A stretch of 63,722 bases of DNA, the filler included. It is 7 parts of 7 records of this genome, joined end to end, with 100 filler letters (N's around TTAATTAATTAA, not from the genome) between each part and the next. Parts side by side here need not be neighbours in the genome. Positions count along the whole stretch, not along the records: positions 27,532 to 32,739 come from SRR2962707_3656; positions 32,840 to 39,588 come from SRR2962707_3660; positions 39,689 to 46,267 come from SRR2962707_3670; 4 more parts are not named here. One strand, written 5' to 3'. The notes below the pieces were generated by a model. The model was not told the origin of the DNA. It saw only the letters and a program-made list of their open reading frames with translations, and made no database searches. Below, piece after piece: positions 28,626-40,361 of this stretch. Both the position numbers and the translations under genes were made by a program. Numbering within the stretch: position 1 is the first letter of the stretch; each line of letters opens with the position of its first letter.

Positions 28626-30257
28626 TTACCCCAGCTTCACATTGTCGATGCCGACGATTCTGTCATAGGCCCAATAGAGCAACAGAACGACGGCGAGCAG
28701 GATCGCTCCCAAGGCAGCCGCGAGGCCCCAGTTGAGAGAGGATGAAATATGGTAGGCAATCCGGTTCGAGATAAAGGTACCCGTGTTGCCCCCGACGATT
28801 TCCGGCGTGATGTAGTAGCCAATCGAAAGGATGAATACGAGAATTGATCCCGCGCCAATACCTGGCACTGATTGCGGGAAGTAGACGCGCCAGAACGCTG
28901 TCCAATTCGTCGCTCCCAAGCTTTTTGCAGCCCGCAGATAAGTTTGCGGAATGGTCTGCATAACGGAATACATCGGCAAAATCATGAACGGCAACAGAAT
29001 ATGCGTCATGGCAACAATCGTACCGAACTGGTTGTTGATCAAAACAAGCCTGTCCGTATCGGAAACGAGCCCCAGCCAAACCAAGGTATCGTTGATCACC
29101 CCTTGCTGCTGCAACATCACTTTCCATGCGGATGTTCGCACGAGCAAAGACGTCCAGAATGGCAACAATACAAGGATCATAAGCAAGTTGGCGGTGCGTG
29201 GGCGCAAATTGGCAAGGATCCATGCAATAGGATAACCAAGGGCGACACAACTAAGCGTGATCATGACACTCATGAACATCGTCCGTTGAAACAACAGCCC
29301 GTAGATACGCTGCTCTTCTTCGCGGAATTCCGGGCCATCTGTCGTTTGCTGCATATCCAGCGCGTTCAGGAAATAACCAGCTGTGTAGGCCGGGCTATAT
29401 GTCTGAATAACTTGCCAAACTCCAAATTCGCCCCAAGCGTCTTCGATATCTATAAGCGCGTCTTTGATCACAATTGTCTCAAACTCAGCTGAGTCGACAA
29501 GGGCGTCTGCCGCCTTAAGTGCTTCGGCCTGAGGACCGGAATACGATCCCACATTGCTGCTGGACAGGTCTTCGTACAAGGCGGTGTGCATCAAGGACCA
29601 GGGCTCTTCCTTTAAAGGTGTTTTCTTACCTTCTTTCGCAAGGACATTGGCGAATTCGGCATAGGTGGCGGCTGTTTTTGGTAGAACCTCTGCAATGCCG
29701 TCACGCAACACAAAGGGTGGCAGCGACTCATCGCCGGACTTGTCCCAGCCCTTCGCCTCACTCACCCACGAGGGCGAGGCCATCATGTCGATCCAAAGAT
29801 CGGGTTTGTCCCAAGCTTTGTCGAGCTTCTTAAACTGATCTTGATAAACTTCGCCGATGTCGTCCAGTTTACGACCGGATTTGCGGAACAAGGACGACAC
29901 ACCTGTCATCTCATAGTTCAGACGCGTCCCCAACCGGGTATGCTTTTTCTGCTCGGCAGCAATGAAGACATCATAATATGCCGCTTCAAATGTCGCGTCG
30001 TCTGGTAAAATATCGCCATTTGCATCCCAGTCCGCCAGCGCAACAGTGGTACGCGGCAAGGTTTCCGAGACAATCTGGTTTTCAACAGATCGAAACAACA
30101 TGTCCGCGATTGGCGCGATGAAGGAGAAAAGCACAAACAAAAGCAGCGGCGCGATCAGTGCCAGCGCTCGCAATTTTTGACGCCGCAAGGCACGGCTGAG
30201 ACTTTTCTTTAATGGCGTTCCATCGACGGAAAGAACTGGGTTGGTTGCATCGCTCAT
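28626..30257 (-). CDS. potB: Polyamine-type ABC permease PotB-like, with a large periplasmic insertion
   Basis: LGYPIAW, LLPFWTSLLVR, HILLPFMILP, RAAKSLGA and GYYITP motifs. Confidence 0.88.
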   Translation of the reverse strand: MSDATNPVLSVDGTPLKKSLSRALRRQKLRALALIAPLLLFVLFSFIAPIADMLFRSVENQIVSETLPRTTVALADWDANGDILPDDATFEAAYYDVFIAAEQKKHTRLGTRLNYEMTGVSSLFRKSGRKLDDIGEVYQDQFKKLDKAWDKPDLWIDMMASPSWVSEAKGWDKSGDESLPPFVLRDGIAEVLPKTAATYAEFANVLAKEGKKTPLKEEPWSLMHTALYEDLSSSNVGSYSGPQAEALKAADALVDSAEFETIVIKDALIDIEDAWGEFGVWQVIQTYSPAYTAGYFLNALDMQQTTDGPEFREEEQRIYGLLFQRTMFMSVMITLSCVALGYPIAWILANLRPRTANLLMILVLLPFWTSLLVRTSAWKVMLQQQGVINDTLVWLGLVSDTDRLVLINNQFGTIVAMTHILLPFMILPMYSVMQTIPQTYLRAAKSLGATNWTAFWRVYFPQSVPGIGAGSILVFILSIGYYITPEIVGGNTGTFISNRIAYHISSSLNWGLAAALGAILLAVVLLLYWAYDRIVGIDNVKLG

Positions 30258-30260
30258 ACT

Positions 30261-30548
30261 TTACACCCCTTCGACCAAAGTGATCGTGCTGGTAGCTGTG
30301 CGCCGACGAATTTCGGCAACCACTTGATACTCCGGGTCATTATAGGCCCGTTTGGCGGTTTCGAAATTCTCGAATTCTATGACAACGTGGCGGTTCTGAG
30401 TTTCGCCTTCGGGGGTCTCTGACTCACCTCCACGAACAATGAATTTCGCCCCATAACTCTCAAGGATCGGCGTATCGCGCTCGATGTATTCCTTGTAGGC
30501 TTCGGGGTCGTTCACAGTAATATGGCCGATGATATAGCCCTTTGGCAT
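30261..30548 (-). CDS. DUF1330 family protein
   Basis: MPKGYII...YGAKFIVRGG...RHVVIEF...YNDPEYQ...LVEG. Confidence 0.85.
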   Translation of the reverse strand: MPKGYIIGHITVNDPEAYKEYIERDTPILESYGAKFIVRGGESETPEGETQNRHVVIEFENFETAKRAYNDPEYQVVAEIRRRTATSTITLVEGV

Positions 30549-30602
30549 GTTCCAGGACTCCCTGTTGTCCGTCCCCTTTTTGGGGCTCATTTATTATATG
30601 GC

Positions 30603-30630
30603 CAAAGGGGCGGGAAAACCCGCCCCTTTG
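30603..30630 (-). terminator. Stem-loop downstream of the SBP gene (terminator or stabiliser)
   Basis: CAAAGGGGCGGG-aaaa-CCCGCCCCTTTG is a perfect 12-bp stem. Confidence 0.7.
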
Positions 30631-30644
30631 TTTAGATCAAAATC

Positions 30645-31763
30645 TTATTTTGCCAACCAGGACTGGAAGCGCGAGTCGATATCGTCGCGGTAGTCCGCCC
30701 AGAACTCATAGTTGTACAGGAACGTGTTTTGAGCATTCGCTGGATCTGTTGGCATATGTGGACCCATGTCGATGCCAAGATCTGCGTGCTTGCCAACCAA
30801 AGGCGCCGAAGAGGCACGGGCTGGACCGTACGAGATGTACTGCGCCTGATCTGCAAGGCGCTGGGTGTCCGTTGCAAATTTCACAAAGTCTTTGGCACGG
30901 GCCAAACGCTCGTCAGAAAGACCGGTAGGAATGATCCAACCATCAAGGTCAAACACCTGAGCGTCCCACATCATCGCGACCGGCTGCTTTTGCTCTTCGA
31001 TCACCGAGAAGAGACGACCGTTATATGTCGAGCCCATGAAGACTTCGCCATCAGCCAAAAGCTGTGGCGTATCCGCACCAGCAGACCACCAGATGACGCT
31101 GTCTTTGATGGTGTCCAGCTTGGCAAGCGCCTGCTTTTGACCGTCGGATGTTTCGAGAACGTCATAGACATCGTCTTTTGCTACGCCGTCGCAAAGCAAA
31201 GCCCATTCCATGTTGTTGATCGGGCGCTTTTCAAGTGCGCGCTTACCTGGATATGTTTCGAGGTCGAACACATCACAGATTTGGCTAGGTGCGGCGACGC
31301 CCTCGGGAACCATGTCGGTCCGATAACCAAATGTGGTCGAATATACAATCTGAGGAATGAAGCAGTCTGAAACCATCAGGTCGCCAAAGTCATCTTCGGC
31401 AGATGTGCCATCGGGTGCAGCTGCAAGATCTTCTTCTGGATCGATTTCGACAGCCAGACCTTCGTCGCACAGGCGCATCGCGTCGGATGCAACAACATCA
31501 ACCACATCCCATGTTACATTGCCGGCTTCGTTCATAGCGCGCAATTTAGCAACGGCTTCGTTCGAGCTTTCGTCCCAAGTTGTTGTCACACCTTCGTTCA
31601 TTGCAACGTAAGGTTCCGAATAGGCGCGTGTTTGCGACTTTTGATACGCGCCACCCCAGCTAACCAGGGTAAGGCTATCAGACATAGCATGTCCGTCAGC
31701 ATGCGCGCTTACAGCGGCTACCGTGAGGGCAGAAGTTGCCAAAAGTGTTTTGACGATTTTCAT
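30645..31763 (-). CDS. Polyamine-type ABC substrate-binding protein (PotD/PotF-like)
   Basis: Signal peptide, VSWGGAYQ, WDVVD, PGKRAL, YNGR and YGP motifs. Confidence 0.88.
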   Translation of the reverse strand: MKIVKTLLATSALTVAAVSAHADGHAMSDSLTLVSWGGAYQKSQTRAYSEPYVAMNEGVTTTWDESSNEAVAKLRAMNEAGNVTWDVVDVVASDAMRLCDEGLAVEIDPEEDLAAAPDGTSAEDDFGDLMVSDCFIPQIVYSTTFGYRTDMVPEGVAAPSQICDVFDLETYPGKRALEKRPINNMEWALLCDGVAKDDVYDVLETSDGQKQALAKLDTIKDSVIWWSAGADTPQLLADGEVFMGSTYNGRLFSVIEEQKQPVAMMWDAQVFDLDGWIIPTGLSDERLARAKDFVKFATDTQRLADQAQYISYGPARASSAPLVGKHADLGIDMGPHMPTDPANAQNTFLYNYEFWADYRDDIDSRFQSWLAK

Positions 31764-31883
31764 CTCATATCTCCAAAAAACGTCCGAGTTGTATTATTGT
31801 CCGCCTCCCGGGCGTAAAGAAGCGGACATTGATCACCTAACCAAAGAAAAATGACGTTTCTGTTTGGCCAAGTTGACGTGAAA

Positions 31884-32739
31884 TCAGGATGCGTCGAGTG
31901 CTCTGCAATCCTGAGGAAGCCAGCCTATGTCGATCATTTCGCCGGGCTGCAGCCGAACCTGGTCAGGCGCATTCCGTGTTTTAACGACAAAGTTCTCATT
32001 TCCGGCAACCTTCAACCGAGTTCTGAAAATGTCACCCATGTAGATGAATTCCATAACTTCGGCTTTCAGTGTATGCGCGCCCTCTTTGAGGCGCTCTTTA
32101 TTGAATTCCACTCGTTCCGGGCGGATCGACACGCGTGTCGCTTCGCCGACCTTGCCAACATTTACAGGGATCGCATCGATGATCGAGCCATCCTGAAGTT
32201 TGACAAGACAGCTGTCCTTATCAAGCTGTGTAACAACGCCTTCCATGGTGTTGTTCTCACCAATGAACTGAGCAACGAAGCTGTTCTTAGGGGCTTCGTA
32301 CAATTCATCTGGCGGCGCCAATTGCTGAATCCGACCATCTTCGAAGACGGCAACGCGATCCGACATAGTCAGCGCTTCTGTTTGGTCATGCGTCACGTAA
32401 ACAACGGTGATGCCCAGATTGTCTGCAATCCGTTTGATTTCAAACTGCATGTGTTCGCGCAGCTGTTTGTCCAAAGCGCCCAGCGGCTCATCCATTAAAA
32501 CCAACTCGGCTTCAAAGACGAGCGCCCGCGCAAGTGCGATCCGCTGTTGTTGCCCACCAGAAAGCTGGCCTGGCCGACGTCCACCAAAGGCGCCCATCTG
32601 AACCATCTCGAGCGCACGTTTAACTTTGGCTTCCCGGTCTGATTTCCCCATCTTCCGAACTTCCAAAGGGAAGCTCAGGTTTTCGGCAACTGTCATGTGA
32701 GGGAACAGAGCATAGTTTTGGAACACCATGCCAATGCCG
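31884..32739 (-). CDS. potA: Polyamine-type ABC ATPase PotA-like (5' truncated at contig edge)
   Basis: GMVFQNYALFPH, LSGGQQQR, LMDEPLGALD, VTHDQ and a TOBE-like C-terminus. Confidence 0.9.
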
Positions 32740-32839
32740 NNNNNNNNNNNNNNNNNNNNNNNNNNNNNNNNNNNNNNNNNNNNTTAATTAATTAANNNNN
32801 NNNNNNNNNNNNNNNNNNNNNNNNNNNNNNNNNNNNNNN
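32740..32839. other. Artificial contig spacer
   Basis: Same 100-nt N/TTAATTAATTAA/N linker. Confidence 0.98.
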
Positions 32840-32858
32840 GAGAGAGAGAGAGAGAGAG
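32840..32858. repeat. (GA)n microsatellite at contig start
   Basis: Directly visible GAGAGA run. Confidence 0.9.
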
Positions 32859-33034
32859 CTACAGACAGACAGCCAGTGATATAATGTAGGTACATAGCTA
32901 GAGAGGGAGGAGGGAGGGAGGGGCAGAGAGAGAGACAGACGCAGCCAATCCTGCAACGTATTCTTGTTTCTGAAACAATAATGGCGTGATCAAGCATTTG
33001 GGCACAGCGTGCGTCGCTTCTGTTCTTCGACGCC

Positions 33035-36000
33035 ATGTCTGCGAGAAAAGCAGTTGGAGCTAAAGGCGGAGGAGCAGCAGACTCTTACTACGTACGGCTG
33101 CTGCGGCAGCTGTTTTTGGATCAGGCTGGTCAAGAAGTTCAGCTACCGATTCTGCTGCTCTACCGCCGACTTGCTGACTTGGGCGTTGCAGCGAGTGATC
33201 TGGGAAGTTTCCCGGATCAGGTCCAAGACCAGGGGCTTCAGTCGATCGGCTTCCGACTGTTCTTGCAGCTGTGCGGTTTTGTGGATAAGGTGCAGTCTGA
33301 TGAGAGCACCGTCCATGTCGATAGGGAGCAGAAAAAATTGGGCGCCCAACGAAAAGCGCAACGAAGCACACAGAAGAAACAAAGTAAAAGAGGTTTTAAT
33401 GTTCACGACCGGCTGCGGATGCTGAGGGCTGCTCGTCGCAACAAGCAACAACGAGTCTCCCACTCGGCAGAGCATGCAGCTTTGGTGCGCCAGATCAATC
33501 GGAAGCGAGACATGGCAAACAAATCGGAGGCTCTGAATCAGAAACTCGCTGCCCGCTTGGAAGACATGGAGTCGGAGCTTCAGCATGGGATCAGCGACAC
33601 TGCGCTTTGGAGTCCTCACGCTGATGCTGATGGGTCCAACATCGAAAGCAACGTCCGCGACCCACCACGACGTTGTTCCTCTGGTTCACCCGGCCTCCTT
33701 CATGCACTGTCTCGCCGTTCAAGCAATGCCACTCCGAACGCGAACAACATGTCAGCAACTGATAATCAATCTGTTCCCACGACGGAAATACTTTCCACCT
33801 TGTGCCGAAATGTGACTGCCCTCGAAGCTCGGCGCGCAAAAGGTCACCGGGACGTGGAGCAACTTGCCAAGACTGTTGCTTTACTTGAAATAGAAATTGA
33901 CAGCTCGCAAGGTCGAATGGAAGAACTTCAACACGAGATAACGAACGCAAGGGTTATTCGACGGAATCTCCAGGACGAAGTCATCGATTTGCAGAGTAGC
34001 AAATCAGCAGCCTTGATGGTACGTACGTTTGATTGTATGGCCACATGTATGTACGTCTGCCGATCCAATTTATTCGCTGATTGGGTCTTTTCATCTTATT
34101 TTGTGTTTGTTGTTATAGAACGACGACAACGAAGCCGCTGAGTTTGCTCAATTGCAGCTCGAGCTCCGCTATTTGACAGACAGCTGCAGCGAAAAAGCGA
34201 TTGAGCTCCTCGCGATGCATCAAAAGACTCTCGCACAGCGGCAAGATATTGAGGCATGCTTTGAGAGGTTGAGGGAAAATCAGGCGACAATTCGTACTCT
34301 CAGTGATACTCATCGGACATTGTGTGATGCACGTAATGCAGCGACTGCCATTGTGCCGGCGTCGCCAATGGGCATCACAACCCCCACGAAGGTTCCTGTG
34401 TTGCCTCACTCAGCTGAATGGCTGGCCATGGAAATGGCATCTTCGGCTCTTGATCGTACTGGCCCAGATGCCTGGGGACCTGTTACGCCGCTTCACTCAG
34501 CATCCGAAACAAGTGAAGCTGATGAGAGCGATGAAGATCTTGACGTTATGGAAACGAGCCTGTCAATGCGGCAGTTAGTGCACGCAGTCACTTCGCATGC
34601 CATGCAAACTGTTGGTCTGCCGCGAGAATCACCGATTGGTGTTCAAAGTCGACCAATACTCAACGCGACGGCTCCTCGGCCGCCAGTTGTGATAATTACC
34701 AAAAATCGCTGCCAAAGAGGTTCGTTTTCTTCATGAAATTCCCAAACCTTACTCACAGGCGACATGCGTATCGATATACTTGCATTTTTCGTTTCAACTG
34801 GACAATGGTGTGGTTTTTCTTTGTAGCGGAGAGACGATACCAAGCGCAACTGTGGCGGGAACAAACTGGGCCACTGATCGTTGCCACACGACAGCTTGAA
34901 GGTGTCAAGAATCCGCAATCTCGCATGGGCTGGGCAACACTCTTGCTGCGACAGCTTCGTGAAGCCAAGCTCTCTTTTTACAATGGCATTTTGCCACGAA
35001 CACATCATCGTGCTGGTTCTGAACTCAAATATCCCCCGGAGGAGCTTCTTGACCCACTTTTAGTGAACCCAGCTTGGGAAAAAGCTACCAGCGGGGCATC
35101 ACATTGCGCTAAAACCTCACGTTTATATGTCGATGCTATTCGATGCGAAAGATCGAAACTGGACGCAAAGTCTTGCGATGTGACGAAGGCCAAGCAGCTG
35201 AGTTATGAGGCCAACAGGCGACGCAGGAGCAAGAGCTGGTGCGCGGGAATCCGAAACGAGCACCTGTCAGACAGGCCTCAATTTTTGCAGTCCCGTATCG
35301 AAGCCTCTCGGTTTTGTCGAGCTCTTCTGCACTGCCATTCCTTCTTCGTGAGCATGGACGGACCATTAGATGAGCTCGATATTTGTCAAGAGGTGCAAAA
35401 CATCGCAGCACCGCAGGTTGTTAAAACACCTCGTGATCGCCGACGCACAGAGATGCAAGAGCGCGTTGTGCGATCTCGGAAGATCTCTGCAGTAATAAGT
35501 CAAGCTATCGCAAGGGGAACGCTTGAAAATGCAATGCGGGTCATGGCTGTGCAACAAAGGCAGAAAACAACCACGAGCCTCACACGTGCAAACAGTACAA
35601 TCGCAAAAATTGATTGGACCACTTCGCCCACTCGCGGCGGAAGTTTCCGTGTTCCAAGTGATGGTGCGAACAATGACGGCTGCGGCGACTTTGTCTGTGC
35701 GTCATGTCACATGATAAATGCATTTTTCCGGCTGGATTGCGTTTCGTGCAAGGTGCGTGAGAATGAATGGTCACGGTCCGAATGCTTTTGACTTGCCAAC
35801 TCTTGATCAGACAGCCCACGAACAACTAAGTTGGTATTGGTGTGCTTGGGCGACATAGGCTCCGCGCTTTGCTTCAATTTTGGCATCCGCTGCGTCTCCA
35901 AAAGTTTTGGAGCGGCGGATCAAAAAAGCCAAAAGTGCGTGGGTGCGCCGTCGGTCGGCTCGCACTTTTTACCTTGGTACGCAAGATGTTCAACTATTGT

Positions 36001-37416
36001 CTGAAGCAGCGTCACCTCAAACCAAAGCTCGGCAGAAGCACATAGCTTCCACTGGCGGTACGCCTAGTGGAACTTGGAATGTCGTTGAATTCTGTATTGA
36101 GACGGATCGCTTAGGATCAGTTGCAGCTCCCTCCGGAAACCTTTCTGTGATTTCATGCGAGTCATCTAGCACACTCTCTGCGACAATTGAGCGTGCTCGG
36201 CACAGCGATATTCGGCATTGTGTCGCATCAAGTACCTTTATCGCCGCCATTTCTTTTCACCGCATGGTGGCGATTTCCTGCTATCATCGGACAGTTGAAA
36301 TCACAGTTGCCTGCCAGCCTGTCAACCAAGTCGACTTTGAGTCACTGTTGATGCACACTTTTAGCAGTAACTTGGGCGAAAAGGTGGAGAGCCTTTCGCG
36401 CGGCCATTCTCTGGCGCATATGTCCAAAGATGGTACCGGTGCTTCTTCGAAGCGTAGGAAGAAGCAAAAAAGCAAGACCAGCCATAGCCCAAAGACGGGG
36501 GCGAAGGTGCCAAAAGCACAGTCACGCTCTTCTGGCGCGCCAGCTACCAGTGCATTGACGTCGACTAAAACTTTAAGGTTCAAGGCAGAAACGGATGCTG
36601 TCGCCCGACACTTCGCGCAAGCGCTTGCAACAGTAAGTGCGCTTCCTTCCAAGCTTTTCATTCATCATATAAACGACTAGGCTGATGTGTATTGTTGTGT
36701 GTGCCGTGCAAACGAAGTTGGTTCGGGGAACCGACATTTTGTTTTGCTCTACTTTGTAATACCTTGTGTGCAATCCTCGATGTCTGGCCCTTGTCTGCAG
36801 GCAAGGGACGGTTGGGCTGCAAGAGAAATGTTCAAGCGTATCGAGCGAAGGCGTGTTGTAGACAAAACGCGCTTTTTGGACATTCAATGCCAAAAGTGCG
36901 AGATAGTATTCGTGTAGTTGACTCTGACCCATTGACTTGGTTTGCTTGTTGCCTTTGCACGTGTGTTGTGTTATTGTTCAGCATTCTTCTCTGTGTATGA
37001 CCACCAGATACGCCGAGTCGCTACAGTGTGTATTGAAGGAGAGCAATGATGCCCAAGCTCTCTTGCAGGCAGAAGCTCTGCTGCTGCAAGAACGTGCCGT
37101 GAGCAACGGTGAGGTGGCGAGCAAAGATTTAAAAGCGATTCACGATGGCTCATCGCAGTCGTTTGTGATTGCTGACTTTGAAGCGAAAGCAAAGGATGGA
37201 ATCAATACTATGCTTCGCAAAACAGTTGAAGCGCACGCCGAGCTTTCCTTTGAAAGACGCTACGCGCACTTTTTTGATGACGGCGACGATGACGAAGCTG
37301 CAGAGCTGCAATCGACGAAAACCCCAGGAAGTGACCTTCGGTTTGACATTGCGGCGTTTGCGAAGCTTGGCGCTTTTCAAGGCCGGGCTCGAACCAGTTC
37401 GCAGGCCGACATATGA
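33035..37416 (+). CDS. Eukaryotic multi-exon hypothetical protein: coiled coil, RanBP2-type zinc finger, PH-like region
   Basis: Frame-preserving GT-AG introns at 34019-34118, 34720-34826, 35753-35858, 36633-36800 and 36896-37007 join ORFs 33035, 34152, 34733, 35880, 36687 and 36937. More introns probably lie within 36050-36370. Finger: FVCASCHMINAFFRLDCVSCK|APR. Confidence 0.6.
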
Positions 37417-37512
37417 GGAGCTTCTGGGATCACCTTTTCCCATGACTAACTTTATGGGAGCTTCATTCGCACGCACATACATAACATACGCCTGTGACAC
37501 TGACAACGAATA

Positions 37513-39189
37513 TTATCGACCGGTCACCACATTTGTCACTGGTGCTTGCCGCTCTCTTTTGGCACGTCCCCGTGAACCGTTGGCGTTGGCGAATTTGTCA
37601 ACGCTTGACACATTGTAGCGCCTCAAGAGGGTGGAGGGGAGAAGTTCTGCCATGATGCGATTCAACTGAACGAGTTGGCGCTTCCCAACATCTTCCAGAA
37701 ATCCGTTGATGGTGCCACGGAAAACTTTGGCTCCATCTTGTCCTTGGAATGCAAACAACGAAATGCGAATTCATGATTGGTCTTCGATTCGACATCGATA
37801 CAGTCGGGGCGAACTGGTCACTGGAATGGGGGTACATACCTGACATCTCCTTTTGATGCGAGCCTGGCAAGTTTCCGGCCTCAGCCAGCGATGCCAACGT
37901 CGACATGCTGGTCTCGTTTTTAACAAGCTCAACAGCTTCGCGCGAAAGATCTGGAAAGTCCATGAAGTCGTTTAATCGTACGAGAGAATCGTGGAACGAC
38001 GCAGACAAGTCCTCATAATGCAAGAGTAACGTTGCATTCGACCCACTCGAAAGCTCCTGCAGCCGAAAAAGCGAGCCAATAGCGACAGCGAACATGTCAT
38101 GTACAACCAACAATAGTCAAATCACATCACCCTCACACACGTATCCTGCTTTAGTGTGGTCAACGTGAGTGCTCCACGGCCGAACAATTTTAGTTTCACT
38201 CAACGTACCAATGCATGCCAGTATTCATATGCAAAGCGGAGCCGAAGCACTGAAAGGGAAAATTCAACCGGACTCAGGTAGTGACAGCTTTCAACTGGTT
38301 TTCTGACATAGTGGCAAAAGCTGACAGCTGTCGCACGTGGGTCGCGAATGATTGCCAGTGTTTTGCAAGGAGCAGAAAGCGAAGCGTTGAGGCTATGAGC
38401 GACCGATGAAATGCAAGCTTTCATTTGGCGGCTGTAAAGCTCCGAGGTCGCATTGGGGTCCACCAAGACGCAGGCGTGATCACGCTTCAAAGTATGTAGG
38501 AAGTTTCCACCCCGCATGTCGATCTTGGGCAAAATTAAATGCTTTGGCATGAAGGTAAACAACCTTTTCGGACCGCAGCTGTTGGCAACTGTGGCAAGCC
38601 GTGCGGCATTGTGGCGGGCGCCAGGGATTAACTCAACTGCCGAGTTTTTTGTGAAAAGATTCCGTGCAATATCAACCTCCTCATGCGTGCACCCGGGAGT
38701 TCGATTGCACCAGTACTCATCGAGGCGTTTCACGATCATCTCCAACCAGGTAGTGCCACTTTTGGGGATGCCATGAAGGTGATACACGCACTTTCCAAGG
38801 CCGGTTTGAATGAGTCGTGCTTCGACACTATCACTCGATGTCAAATTGGCATTGCGGCGTTCCGCACCTGCTGTGCGATCGTCGCCGTCAGACGAAGACG
38901 AAGAAGCCGAACGAGAGTCAATCTCATTGGTGGTGCTACTGCCGCCACGTCTGCCTCTGCTGGAAGTTGCTGCTCTACTTCTGCTACTTCTGTGTCCAGC
39001 CCTTGCCGACAGCGAGGCATCGTCTGCCCTTACCAGCGTGTGACTTTGTTGTTGATAACGATGCTTTTGATCGAGATGCGTTTTTTTCGGGGCTGCTGAT
39101 GCCAGTATCGGTGAGTGTGTATCAAAACAAAGTAAAGCGCACGTTGCGATAAACACGGAGAGCGCCCGAAGCCGAGAGACCACGCCCAT
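37513..39189 (-). CDS. Eukaryotic sulfotransferase (Sulfotransfer_1-like) with an N-terminal signal/anchor, 3 exons
   Basis: 5'-PSB GIPKSGTTWLE, 3'-PB IIRDPRATAVSF and HYEDL motifs. GT-AG introns at 38057-38208 and 37743-37839. Confidence 0.8.
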
Positions 39190-39562
39190 CCTCCAGCTGC
39201 CTCAACCGAGCGTCAGCAGCAACACAGCGACAGTGTTGTTGGGTGGATGGGCACCACAACGAGCATAACAACTAACAACAGAATCAACACCCAACAGACA
39301 AGCCCTTCCTTCTTCACATTTATTTGTTGAACGGGAAGCAGTGGTCGCCGTACACACGCGCTCGCAGAATGAAAGGAAGAGAGAAAACACAACGCCTCTT
39401 GTAAGGAGCTTGCTGCTGAGTGAGCGCGAGAAACTCGAGAAGGCAGCAGCAGCAGCAGCAGTCTCAAGCGAGAGAGAACGAGTTCGATCGAAGGAAGTAG
39501 AACTACCAACGAAGAACGACAATACTTTCAAGAAAAGAAAGAGGAAAAGAAAATCGTTCTGG

Positions 39563-39588
39563 CACACACACACACACACACACACACA
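39563..39588. repeat. (CA)n microsatellite at contig end
   Basis: Directly visible. Confidence 0.9.
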
Positions 39589-39688
39589 NNNNNNNNNNNN
39601 NNNNNNNNNNNNNNNNNNNNNNNNNNNNNNNNTTAATTAATTAANNNNNNNNNNNNNNNNNNNNNNNNNNNNNNNNNNNNNNNNNNNN
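39589..39688. other. Artificial contig spacer
   Basis: Same 100-nt linker. Confidence 0.98.
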
Positions 39689-39985
39689 CATGTAGTCGTC
39701 GGCGCCGAAGCCGAGGCCGCGAACCTTGTTCTCGATGCCGGCAAGGCCGGAGAGAATGAGGATCGGGGTGGTGATCTTGCCGACGCGCAGCGACTTCAAC
39801 ACGTCATAACCGCTCATATCCGGCAGGTTCAGATCGAGAAGGATGATGTCGTAATCATAAAGCTTACCGAGATCGACCCCCTCTTCGCCGAGATCGGTCG
39901 TGTACACATTGAAACCATCCGACTTGAGCATCAGTTCGATGCTCTGGGCGGTCGCGCTGTCGTCTTCGATGAGCAGAACTCGCAT
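39689..39985 (-). CDS. ctrA: Cell-cycle response regulator CtrA (3' truncated)
   Basis: [22 protein letters not shown]...[30 protein letters not shown] is the hallmark CtrA N-terminus. Confidence 0.95.
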
Positions 39986-40033
39986 TGGTCCCCCTCTCGG
40001 CGATCCTTGGAAACCCAATCGCCGATGGTTTGG

Positions 40034-40153
40034 TTAATCCATGTTTCGGACCTTAAGGCGATTTGGTTAACAAAGGTTAATCGGAATGAAAAAAATTCAG
40101 AAAAATTTACAGGTCGTATTCCAAGTCCTTGGTGTGACTCAATTTTCTGAATC
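40034..40153 (-). promoter_or_regulatory. ctrA promoter region with CtrA-type TTAA boxes and GANTC sites
   Basis: TTAA at 40034, 40053, 40067 and 40077 (TTAA-N6-TTAA at 40067-40080). GACTC at 40136-40140 and GAATC at 40149-40153. Confidence 0.6.
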
Positions 40154-40246
40154 CTGACCGCGCAATCGCGCGGTTCCATCGCGTGAAACCGCCGCCCCGT
40201 ATGGCTTAAGCCGATCCAGAACGGCGGCTATCCAACGCCGTCAGGG

Positions 40247-40261
40247 TTTACGCCGTCTTAA
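40247..40261 (+). promoter_or_regulatory. CtrA box upstream of fliI
   Basis: TTTA-CGCCGTC-TTAA is a 7/8 match to TTAA-N7-TTAA, about 100 nt before fliI. Confidence 0.55.
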
Positions 40262-40361
40262 AGTCTTCGCGGCATGATCATCGAAGGAAGGAGACAGAGG
40301 TCTTCGTTCCACATAATCCGGCTTTTGGCATCGTCCGCCACAAGAGGGAGCTCCGGGGTCA

